A stretch of DNA of 64,000 nt from Microbotryum violaceum (taxonomy: Eukaryota), in the NCBI GenBank assembly GCA_001244265.2, contig CDLV01000007.1, positions 2,294,001-2,358,000 of the forward strand. Reading direction: 5' to 3'. The first letter of the stretch is position 1, and each line of letters starts with the position of its first letter. Positions 34,481-45,203 of the stretch are shown piece by piece. The position numbers and the translations under genes are program-made. The notes under the pieces were generated by a model, which made no database searches, had not been told where the DNA came from, and saw nothing but the letters and a program-made list of their open reading frames with translations.

Positions 34481-36222
34481 ATGCCTGCACTGTGAGTCCT
34501 GATCGTGCCGTCCGCAATCCTACCACGGTCACACCTGCGATGTGCGCCGCGTTGACCGGACGCTGACTCGTCAGTTTTGTACCCTACGCCGCTGCGCCTG
34601 CCGCTGCGCCTGCCGCTGCGCCTGCCGCTGCGCCTGCCGCTGCGCCTTGGAACCGCGATCACGCCGCTGCCGCTTTCCCCGCCCTTGCGCTGTACGCCAC
34701 CGATCACTCGATCGCGCTGTCGCTCTCTACAGACAATCTTGGGCCGATGATGTCGAGAACACTGGCAAGTCACGGACCGCTAGCCGGTGGAGTGCTGCTT
34801 GCGAGAACAAGAGAGGGCAGACGGGGGCTCGGGCGCGGCGTTCATGGCGTTGCGCTTCATCAGCGAGTCGTGCTGCTGCATATCCCCAAGTCATCGTCTA
34901 GTCCCTTCTCCAGGACCAGCAGCTGCTGCTGCACAGAGATTGTCAAGCCCAGGGTGCACGCCGTCGAATGCTGACGCTTTCCTTTTGCCATTGTCGCTTG
35001 GCTCGCTCCTCTTCGCACAGAGTTCCCTCCCCGAACTGAATCGACAGACAAGGATGGTATCACCACCGTCATCGAGTACAAGCTGAATGACGAGGGCAAG
35101 AAGGTCAAGGTGCGTCATCGTATCGTACGACACATCACTGAGATTCTTGCTGACCTGTGATCACTGACGATGATACAGGTCACGCGCCGCATCAAGCGAA
35201 CACTCGTCAAGAGTAAGGTCAATCATGTCGTTGCTGAGCGCATGGGCTGGGCCAAGTGAGTCTCGTCCTAGGCACTCGAATATTTCCAAACGTATGCTCA
35301 GGTACTGATAAGCGCACGACCCAGGTTCGGTGCCGAGAAGGGCCACAAGCCAGGACCCGACAGCGCGACGACAACCGTCGGTGAAGTGATTCGCATCAAG
35401 CTCTCCGCCGGAGGCATCAAGACCGAGGACACCGAGGCCGAGGAGAAGACGTCGATCCAAAAGGCCCTCGCAGGTCGCAAGATCACCTGTCGATTGTGCC
35501 AAGGCGACCATTACACGACCAGGTGTCCCTACAAAGATACGCTCGGCGACGTTTTGGGCGAAGGTGAGCCTCTACTTCCATCCCTCCTCTTGCTCACGTT
35601 CATAAAGCCCGTTGCAAGTCTTGTTAGACTGACTCATGAGCTTGACATGTAATCTCATAGGTGGAGAAGAGGGTGGCGCAGAAGGTGCGCCGGGTGGAGA
35701 TCTCGGCCCGAACCCCACGCCTTCAGAGCTTCGAGCCGCCGGAGGCAAATACGTCCCTCCTTCTATGCGTGCCGGTGCCAAGGGTGCGGGAGAGTCGATG
35801 AATTCGCGCAACCGCGACGACCTGCCCACATTGCGCATCACAAATCTCAGCGAGGACTGTCAGGACCAGGATCTATGGGACTTGTTCGATAGATTCGGGA
35901 GGATCAACCGGTATGTCTTGGAGCCGAGAGCATCACGATGACGGCCTTGTCACTGACTTCTATCACTCATTGCCGTACTACAGTATTTACGTTGGAAAGG
36001 ACCAGGAGACGGGCCTGTGCAAGGGTTTCGCCTTTGTCAGCTTTGAAAGTCGTGCCGAGGCCGAGGCCGCATTGCACAAGATCAACGGATTGCCCTACGA
36101 CCACCTCATTCTTTCGTGCAGCTGGAGTGGTGAGTGCCACTTTGTATTCATCTCGGTCCTGTAAATGTACTGATAGTTAGAATTTCATGCTCATAGTGCC
36201 CAAGACGGAGCGACCGGCGTGA
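34481..36222 (+). CDS. TIF35: Translation initiation factor eIF3 subunit g, multi-exon
   Basis: SWADDVE, IEYKLNDEGKKVK, VAERMGWAKFG, CRLCQGDHYTTRCPYK, YVPPSMR and a C-terminal RRM (LRITNLSE, KGFAFVSF, YDHLIL). Confidence 0.95.
34588..34648. repeat. 12-bp GC-rich tandem repeat (GCCGCTGCGCCT) x5 in TIF35 intron 1
   Basis: Directly visible in the sequence. Confidence 0.9.
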
Positions 36223-36584
36223 AAGTAGTGTATTGGGGTCTAAGAGCGGAGGCTGGCGAGGTCGGATCGGCGATTTGCTCTGCCCCGTGCTGTCACTTGC
36301 AGCTCACCTCCTTTCTTTGTATTTCCCTTTCTTTCATATGCTGTCATCCCAGGATCAGTCGCATCTCCTTCTGATACTCTGCTGCGAATCTGTGCGTGTC
36401 TTGAGAAAAAGATTCTATGCCATTGCCTTTTGAGCCTTGAGAGGAGATGGAAAAACCTTTCGCTCGAGTCAACGGGGCCGTCCTCGATGCCAAGCTCGGG
36501 ATCCGCTTTGGCGGCTTTCGCATCGACCCCTCTTTACCTCCCGTTCACAGCATATCTACCCGGGCGACAACAACAACTCTCTCA

Positions 36585-38830
36585 ATGGAAGGGATCGAGC
36601 TGTCCCGCTTCAGCTCCTCTGCTTCTACCCATCTCCCCTCGGGTGCCATGACCCTGTCAGAAATGGAACAGCCCGTCGCCTCGCTCGCGTCAACGACGAA
36701 CGACGTGCTCGATACGGCCGCCTCTCCCGGCGCGACTCTGGAACTCGACGGCTCGGGCTCGGGCAAAAAACGCTTCGAGGCGTTGGATTCCTACCCCGAT
36801 GGTGGGCTGGAGGCGTGGTTGCAGGTCTTCTACTGTGCCGCCTGTATGAGCGTTTGTGTTGGCGGTTATTCATTCTTCAATCGTCCTAAGTGGTGTCGTA
36901 CCCTGGAGCGGGTGGCTGAGTTTCCTCCTCCTCCACCTCGGATCTCGTCGGCCCGCGCTTTGCCGTAAAAAATTGCCTTATAATGATCAGGCATATACAG
37001 TTGGTGAGCTTCGTCCCCGCTTGGTGTTGAGCTATCGTGAGAGTTACTTGAATTCCGTTCTCACACTGAAAGGGGTGTTATGCTACGTCATGAGCAAAAA
37101 TCTTGACTCGGAGCCCCTGAACATGTCATCTTGATCGATAGCACGGCACGTTGAAGCCCACGCGCGCTCGTCCGTCGAGGGCGCACTCCCTGATGCAATA
37201 AGCTTTCCCCATTCCTCCTCGTCTACGGCTAGAAGCACTCAAAGACCTAGGACCGAGCGTCTCCTGGACTGGCAGCGTCCAAGCCGCCTCCGAAGCCGCC
37301 TTCGCGATCCCGATCATGCGCCTCGTCGGCGCCTACGGTCCTCGCAAAGTGGCTATCGTCGGCGCCTTCATCGCCTCCTCCGGACCCTTCCTCGCCTCCT
37401 TTTGCTCGAAGAGTTTTACTGGCCTTCTGATCACCGAGGGATTGATCTTTGGTATCGGGCAGAGTTTGATCTTCTTCCCCGCTGCGACGTTGCCGTCGTC
37501 TTACTTCCAAAAGAGGCGCAACATGGCAACGGGCTTGACTTACGCTGGAGGAGGAATTGGGGGAGCAGGTTTTTCTTTGCTCAGTTCGGTCCTACTTCGA
37601 CGATGGGGTGTCGCTTGGAGTTTGAGGTGTCTGTCGTTGGTGTACCTGTGTATCACACTGCCGGCTTCGTACCTCATTTGAGCGAGATTGCCGACTAAGC
37701 CTCTTCGAGGTGGGGGACCTGCGGTTGACTGGTTAGTCTCAAGAGCTGGTCTTTCCTGTGGGGGGATGTCCAACTTATATCTTGACCCATCCTCATCCTA
37801 CGAAGGACCATGTTCAAGGATCCACGATTCGTTTGCGTGTTCTTCGGCACCTCTTTCGCTCTGTTCCCCCTTTTCGGTCAGTTGGCACCTCCCAGACCCC
37901 TTCCAACCCCGGCCACTGAAACCCGCTTTTTCCTAGTCCCACCCTTCTTCCTCCCTCTCTACGCCTCCTCCCTCGGTCTCTCCCCCCTAGCAGGGCCTCT
38001 CCTCCTAGCAGGCTTCAACCTCTCCTCCGCCTTAGGTCGTATAGGTTTCGGACTCGGCGCCGATCGTCTGCTGGGCTCTCTGAACGCGATGATCCTTTGT
38101 CTTGCCGTGTTTGGTACTTTGACGATGTTGCTTTGGCCTTTTGCTACGAGCTTGGTACCATTGGCGGTATTTGCGGTGGTTAACGGAGCCGTTGCTGGAG
38201 GTAATTACAAAAGTCGAATCTTTCGGCTCGAGTTGATGGGAAGACTGAATCTTCCCCATCACCTTTCGAACCCCCCTCCATAGGTTTTTTCAGTCTCATC
38301 CATAGGTTTTTTCCAGTCTCACGCCCGGAGTGGTCGGAAGTCTTTTTGGAACAGCGACGTTGGAGGTCACGTTCGGGATGATGGTTTCGGGCTGGGCGGG
38401 AGGTTACGCCTTAGGGGCTCCGATTGTACGTTCCCATTCATTTCGGCTGACTAGGTTCTTCAGCTCAGCTCATTGGGGGATAGGGAAGGGTTGATCGTAT
38501 CTAATTTATCTCTTTCCACCTGTCGTCGGGGCTGGTCGTACATCCTTCTAGGCGGGCTACATCCTCGCTGCGACAGGAGGAGCCGGGGCAGGTTACGTCG
38601 CATTCCGACCTGCTTTTTTTTATGCCGGGGCTTTGGCTCGTAAGTTCATTTCATTCATTCTTTCTCATCCCGATGATCCAAAAGCGGGGACACTGAATCG
38701 AACCGATAGGAAAAATGAAAGGTCCAAAACTGATCTTTTGGGTCTCTGTTTGTTGGGTTCAGTGTTCGCGTGCGGATTGATCTGTTGTGCTCGAGTGATC
38801 GAGAGTAAGGATTTGAAGAAGAGGGTTTGA
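36585..38830 (+). pseudogene. MFS monocarboxylate-transporter-like gene (MCH family), apparently disrupted
   Basis: PDGGLEAWLQV, SYFQKRR..ATGL..AGGGIGG, FKDPRF, GRIGFG..AD. In-frame TGA at 37679-37681 and a frameshifting duplication at 38277-38321. Confidence 0.7.
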
Positions 38831-39268
38831 TGGGAAGAGAGGGAGATGGAAAACACAAGTACACGAGAAGGTGGAGCAAAGAATGATTTCCTCACTATTT
38901 TAATCTTTTGGTGGGTCTCGGTTTCTTGGGGATAAGGATATTGGTGGTAGAGACACTTTTTTTGGATGGGAGTTGATGATCGAGTCCGGTCGGTCGGTCG
39001 GCTCGGTGAATGCTTGATCTGGTCGGTCAGCGATAGACGCGCTGTAGAAGAAGGAACGCTGTAGAGTCCCATCCGACACCCACAGCTGCCGAGCCTCTCC
39101 TAGGATCTCTTTTGGCTCTCGCAGCTCTCCCCTTGACTCGTTGTCCCCTTTGTGTGTACAAGATGAACTGCAATTTGGTCTGTGTCGAAAGGTGCCAACT
39201 CCCTCCTCCCCGTTTATACTACTGTATCAATGAAACGCTGCCCCATCGTCGCCGTCGGCCAAATAGGT

Positions 39269-39742
39269 TCACTTGAGCAATTCCTCGATCCTCTTTTCGA
39301 CCTCTTGTGCGGACCCCAACCCTTGCAGAACCACGGATCTCTCTTGACCATGTTCTGTGACCATGACCCAAAGGGGGTGACTCGTGATGAGTGAGAGAGA
39401 AAGAAAAGACCGATTCGTTCTCGATTACCGCGCGACGACTTTTGCTTACCGAACCTAGCGAAGGCCCTCGCCGGTACGCCTTGCGCTTCCCTGATCAAGA
39501 TCGGTAGCGTAGGGTTCGCTTTCTTGATGGCCGGGTAGGACGATTCGATGAAGGCCCTAATGTAATGTGGATGGGAGGGAACACAAGCGAAAGCGATCAG
39601 GTAAAAGGTGCTCTTCTACACGGTACAAGCAAAAGCAAGCGAGCACAAATGACCTTAGTCCAGCACTGGCGGGCGAACTCTGACAGCCGAACAGACGTAG
39701 TTCGCGTAATGCGGAAGGGAGCGCGGAGCGGAGAACCGACAT
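39269..39742 (-). CDS. NDUFA2: Complex I accessory subunit B8/NDUFA2 (L51/S25/CI-B8 family), 3 exons
   Basis: LRELRLFGCQSSPASAGLR|AFIESSYPAIKKANPTLPILIREAQGVPARAFARF|EHGQE...LLK*. Confidence 0.9.
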
Positions 39743-40236
39743 GGTGTTTTTGTTGGGTCGTCGAGTGTTTTTCTCCGGGTGGTGGTGTGCTTTGGGTACA
39801 AAGAGGTAGGAAGGAGGAGGAAGGTGACGCGGGCGCGGGGGGGGGGGTGAGCCGAGCTTGGGGTTGGTCTTGTCGTCGAGCTGCAGAGGTATTAATTAAT
39901 TAGTAAGTAGCTCAGGCTGGCCTAAGTCTGGCTGAGCAAGTGCTGAGCATGGGTCGGGGCTGAGCGCTGAGCCAAGCGCGGCTCGGAGGTGCAAGTCCGG
40001 GTTCGATCCTGGCCACACGCTTGCTTCTTTTGAGCGCTCAGACCAGTCACCAGCTCCGAGGCAATCCACTACTAGAGGTAGCACAGTCAACCACCGCACC
40101 CGCCACTTCGCACCTCTTGCCCCGCGTGAGCGCCACTCGGTCAACCTCAACTCCCCTCGATCGAACGCTCATACCACCTCAACACACCTCACCCTTCACG
40201 ACTAGCCTAGCCTAGCCCAGCCCAGCCTAGCTCAGC

Positions 40237-41674
40237 ATGGTCAAGAACGAAGCCGGTTCGGTCAACCGGGCCATTGACAAGTGAGCCGACGCGATGGTGG
40301 CCCCCGCCTCCGTCCGTTCAAGAGCTGACTCAGCTTTCGTCGATCGCTATGCTTGGCCTGCCCACAGGAGGTCCAAGATGAAGGGCTTGCAAAAGTTGAG
40401 GTATTACTGTCAGGTACTTTCAGGGAGGGGGGCGATCGTGCACAGCTAGGGGACAAGAAGGAGCTGACTCGTACTCCCTCGTTGAACTCGCACAGGTCTG
40501 CGAGAAGCAATGTCGAGATGGTCAGTTCACCACCATACGCTTTATACGTTATACGAACCTTTCAACCGATCCAACTGATTCCCTTCCTTTTCCTGCCCGC
40601 AGAGAACGGCTTCAAGTGCCACACCCAATCCGAATCCCATTTGCGCCAGATGCTCGTCGTCGGCGAATCCGCGGGCAAGCACATCACCGACTATACCAAA
40701 AACTTTCAAAACGATTTCGTGACTCTACTTTCCAGAAGGTGAATCTCCTACACGTTCTCAAGTTTTCCTGGAGTGGAACTGACTTTCCTTTTTTTTTTTG
40801 GCGCGCATCTCAAAAAAGGTGGGGCACCAAACGCGTTCGTATCAACCAAGTTTACCAAGAGTTCATTTCGGACAAGAATCACCTCCACATGAACGCGACG
40901 CGCTTCACCTCCCTGACCGAATTCGCCAAGCATTTGGGAAGGGAAGGGATCGCCCACGTCGACGAGAACGAAAAGGGGTGGTGGGTCAGTTGGATTGATA
41001 CCAGTCCTCGGGCGTTGGCGAGGCAGGAGGCGAGTATGAAGAAGGAGAAGGGCACCATGGACGACGAGATGAGGATGAGAAAGTTGATTCAGCAGCAGAT
41101 TGAGAGGGCCAGGGCGGAGGGGGAGAAGAGGAGGAGCGCTGCCGTTGAAGCTGGAGAAGCTGGAGTAGAGCGAGTGGAAGAAGCAGGACAGGAGGAACTT
41201 ACGAGGGAGCTCAAGAGGGATGAAGGGGAAAAGGTACAGCTCAAGATGGAGTTCAAGATGGCCACACCTGCGGTCGCATCAGCGTCTGCACCCTCGACGT
41301 CGGCTACGACGCCACCGACCCCAATCAACGAAACCTCGGCATCACCACCTACGACGATCACCGACACCGAGTCGACTCCTGCCAGTACCGCTGCTGCCTC
41401 TGCCCCTACCCCACCTCTTAAAGCAAGCTTCATCGCCCCTCCACCAAAAGCAGTCATCGGTTTCACGCCTAAATCCAACGCCTTCAAACTCGCCGCGGGG
41501 AAACCGAATCCTCTCAAGGCGAACGCTTTCAAAGGCTCGAATCCGCTCAAAGCGACTTGCAGTTCGAGTGCGAGTGGTGGTGGTAATGGGTTGAAGAGAC
41601 CACCGGCGCAGATGAGTGCGGTCGAACAGATTGTCGCGGAGGAGATGGCGAGGAAACAGAGGAGGATGGGATGA
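40237..41674 (+). CDS. KIN17: KIN17/RTS2 zinc-finger protein
   Basis: KGLQKLRYYCQ|VCEKQCRD|ENGFKCHTQSESHLRQM, FISDKNHLHMNATRFTSL. Confidence 0.93.
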
Positions 41675-41706
41675 GAGGAACAGCTGAGCGAGGATTCGGT
41701 AGGCTT

Positions 41707-41848
41707 GGAGAGCAGAGTGAGACTAGAGGGGGGGTTTGAATTTGATTCGTTGTAGGAATTGTGGTTCTCGTAATTGCGGAGAGCAGAGTGAGACTAGAGG
41801 GGGGTTTGAATTTGATTTGTTGTAGGAATTGTGGTTCTCGTAATTGCG
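41707..41848. repeat. About 71-bp tandem duplication in the KIN17 3' region
   Basis: GGAGAGCAGAGTGAGACTAGAGGGGGGTTTGAATTTGATT...TAATTGCG occurs twice. Confidence 0.93.
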
Positions 41849-42070
41849 AAGGGGTTTTTTTTTGAGAGGGCACGAGAATCGAGACGGATACAATGCAGTT
41901 GATCGGGGGGAAGTATCTTCAAAGGGTCACTACCCTTTTGGAGTCTCCGCAAGGTCAAGGCGTGCGCGCGCGGGGGGGTGCTTCGCAACCCAAAGCTCGG
42001 AAAGGACCATCCCTTTCATCCTCAATCCAGCCGAAATCGGAACCTCGCCCCCTTCCGAATCGATCCTACC

Positions 42071-43570
42071 ATGCCCAAAGCCACCTCATCCAAAGCCTCC
42101 CCAGGTAGGAAACCTAGTTCGACTCGCTCGACGACGACGACGAACAAGACCGTTCGCATCTCCCCTCCCTCGGCCCCGACGACGACCACTTCTTCGTCGA
42201 ACAAATCGAAATCGACGAAAGCAGCAGCCGTACAGACCGCTTCCAATGGAGTAGCCAAGAAGGACTTGCGTGAAAAAGCCAAGGATTTGAGTCAGGTCGA
42301 GACGATTCGATCGAAAGATGCTCCCGAACCCATGAAGGGCGCGTTGAAGAAACGGAGTGCCGTTGAGCACGACGTTGAGCAGGAGGGGAGTGAGGACGAG
42401 GAGGAAGGGAACGAGATTGACTTCTTGAAAGGTTTCGAATCGGGGGAAGAGGAAGAGGATGTGGATGAAGGGGAGGATAGTTCGGACGAGGAAGAGGAGG
42501 CCAAGCCGGCTTTTGAGGCGAAGCAGTTGCCCAAGGTGGACAAAGCCAAGCTGGCGCAGAAGGAACGGGCAAAGGCAGAGAGGAAGAAGAATGTACGTCT
42601 CATCGTATCCAATCGAGTGGAAAGGGGAAGGACGTGTGCTGATTGACCCTTCAAATGGAACAGGCTCAAAAGGGCGTCGTCTACCTCGGACGAATTCCCC
42701 ATGGTTTCCACGAGGCCGAGATGAAGAGCTACTTTTCGCAATTTGGCGAGGTCACCAGGTTACGGTTGTCGAGGAACAAGAAGGTATGTATAGTACTTTG
42801 TTCTTCACAAAGCCCTCGCTCAAGGGAGCTAATCCCTCTTGTCAACTACAATCTCGTCCTCGATAGACCGGCGCCTCCAAGCACTACGCCTTCATCGAAT
42901 TCGCGTACGCTTCCGTGGCGGAGATTGTGCAAGAAACCATGGACAACTACCTCCTCGCGGGTCATTTGCTCGTGTGCAAGATCGTACCGAACGATCAGAT
43001 CCACCCCAAGTTGTGGATCGGGGCCAATCGCAAGTTCAGGGTCGTGCCCGTGGCGAGGACAGAGGCAAGGAAGAGGAATGAGGTGTGTTATGCTTTTCTT
43101 TACATTTCGTTTTTCGGGATCTGATCTTCAGCACGATCGAAGCGAGAGGGAGAGAAGCAAGCTGACCGATTCGCTCCCTCGTTCGCTCACGTTCCCCATT
43201 CCAGCCCAAGACAAAGCAGCAACAAGAATCCATCAAGAAACGTCTCCTAAAGCGCGAGCAAAAGAAGCGAGAACAATTGGCCGCCCAAGGCATCGAATAC
43301 GACTTCGCTGGATACGCCGGCAAAGTCATTGATACGACCGAGGAGACGGAGGAGGTCAAGGAGGTCAAGATCATTGAGGCCAAGGGGAAGAAGGGTGCTA
43401 AGGATGCGGCGTTGAAGAAGGATAAAAAGACCAAGAAGGTCAAGGAGGTTGAAGGAGTGAGTCCCGGAGGTCAGCGTGGACTTGTGTCGACGAGATATAA
43501 CGACTAACACCGTCGCGTTTCGGGGACGTGATATTAGCCGCCAACGAAGAAGGCCAGAAAATCGATCTAA
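42071..43570 (+). CDS. NOP15: Nucleolar RRM protein Nop15/NIFK
   Basis: GVVYLGRIPHGFHEAEMKSYFSQFGEVTRLRLSRNKK|TGASKHYAFIEF...AEIVQETMDNYLL...HPKLWIGANRKF. Confidence 0.92.
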
Positions 43571-45203
43571 GGACCGGCTAATTCTGTCCACCGGCGGCGG
43601 TGCTTTTCTGTGCGACGTGTTTCTGATGATGTAATGAACGTGTACGAGTTTCTTGGGGTAAACCAATGCTGCTTCAAAAACACAAGCGAAACAAGGAACG
43701 TTTACTTCTCGTAAGACCGAGTGCGGCGCTAGCATGGCCTGAACTGTTCTGCCCCCCCCCCCTCTTCCACGTCGTGAATTCCGGATCAGGTAGCACTAGT
43801 ACTAGGTTAGACATGCACAGGACGATCAGCTCGTTCGAAAATGTCGACACTAGTCCTGTTCCTAGTGCCCTTAAATGGCGTGCCCAGGTACGATCCGAGG
43901 TTTAACCGTTTACCGTGTCGGTACCCAAGGTCTTTGTAACGGTTCAGGAACTCTGCTCGGCGCTTAACATGGGAAACGAAGTTGGTCGAACGAAGCGGCG
44001 GTGCGCAAAGAAGGAAAAGAAAAGATCCGCGGCGGCTGAGGATCACGTGCGCAGCCTGTATAGCAACCCTAGTTTCGGGTTCAAGAGCGCGGTGATCCGA
44101 TTACAAGCAGGAGTGTAGGGCGGCTTGGCAAGGGAATGCTGAAGTAGGTGAGCAGCTTCCACCTCTGTCAAGAGGCGCAAATTCCAAGAGAAGTCTGGTC
44201 CGCAATTTAGGAGCTCTCCCATGCACGTGATTGAGCGCTCAGTGCCTTTCAGACTCGCACCTTTTCTGCGCAATTGCGCTGCGAAGAAAATTGCCGTCAG
44301 ACGGGACGTGTACCGTCTCCAACAGTAGTGAAATTCACAACTTTACGTCACAAGGTGCCTTGCATGTTTCGGGAATGCTGGGCTTCTGTGTCGGCTCGTA
44401 TCTTTGTTTTTCTTCGGAGACACGCCGGGTTTTCGTTTGCACTGCCTGAAGTCGCCGACTGACAACGGTGTTTTACCACGCCGGGCATGGTTTGACGCCG
44501 GCGTTCAACACAGCGCGCGACGACGGGTGTATGCTGATCCCCTGAGACGGAGAACGCCGAACCCATCGACCGTCCTAGCCTCTGAGAGTGGGCAAAGTCG
44601 ATTACAAGCAGATGGAGGAGGAGGCAGTATAGAAATGAAGGCGCCAAGGATGAGGTTTGGACCGAGTTGAAGCTTACCCCGAAACCTGGGGAAGGATCAG
44701 GCCATGCTAAAATTGACACTTGTGGTCAAAGCCAGTTGGCTCGATCACCGATTTCTTCCTTCCCGCTATCCCCGGCCCCCGGCTTACGACGATCTATTCT
44801 CCAAAGCAAGCCGATCGTTCTTCTCGGACGCCACAACGTTGGCGCCAACGGACCGGCTGTCTGACTCTATGAAAGCTCTACGGGGTGAATTAACGAGGCG
44901 GTCGAATCGAATCAACCTGCCCGGATTGGCCGGGCCTCGCGCGCGCGCGCACGGTGTGCAAGGCGAATGTGTCCGGTCGATTACGCCTCAGGCCTCAGGC
45001 CAGCCATCGCTTGAAACCGGGTTCGCTAGTCGGCACCGCTCTCTTCAAGGTCTTTCCTTCCTTGCTTCACATCCAGGTCATCGCCCTTAGAACAGCCACT
45101 CAGCCTAGCTCTACTACCCTTCCCCTTCCACCCCTCCCTCAAGCCCCGAGGGTTCACTCCCTGCACGCTCTCGACTCCATCAACAAGAAGCAATTAAGCC
45201 AAC

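Noticed and set aside
37679..37681. Selenocysteine or programmed readthrough at the MFS TGA
   Set aside because: The position is not a catalytic Cys site, no SECIS is evident, and a second frameshift lesion points to pseudogenisation.
39985..40015. GGGTTCGATCC T-loop/B-box-like motif as a tRNA gene
   Set aside because: The T-stem does not pair fully, and I could not build acceptor, D or anticodon arms.
44062..44072. AACCCTAG (and TTACCCTAAC near 7573) as telomere repeat or telomerase template
   Set aside because: Single imperfect occurrences, expected by chance, with no supporting structure.
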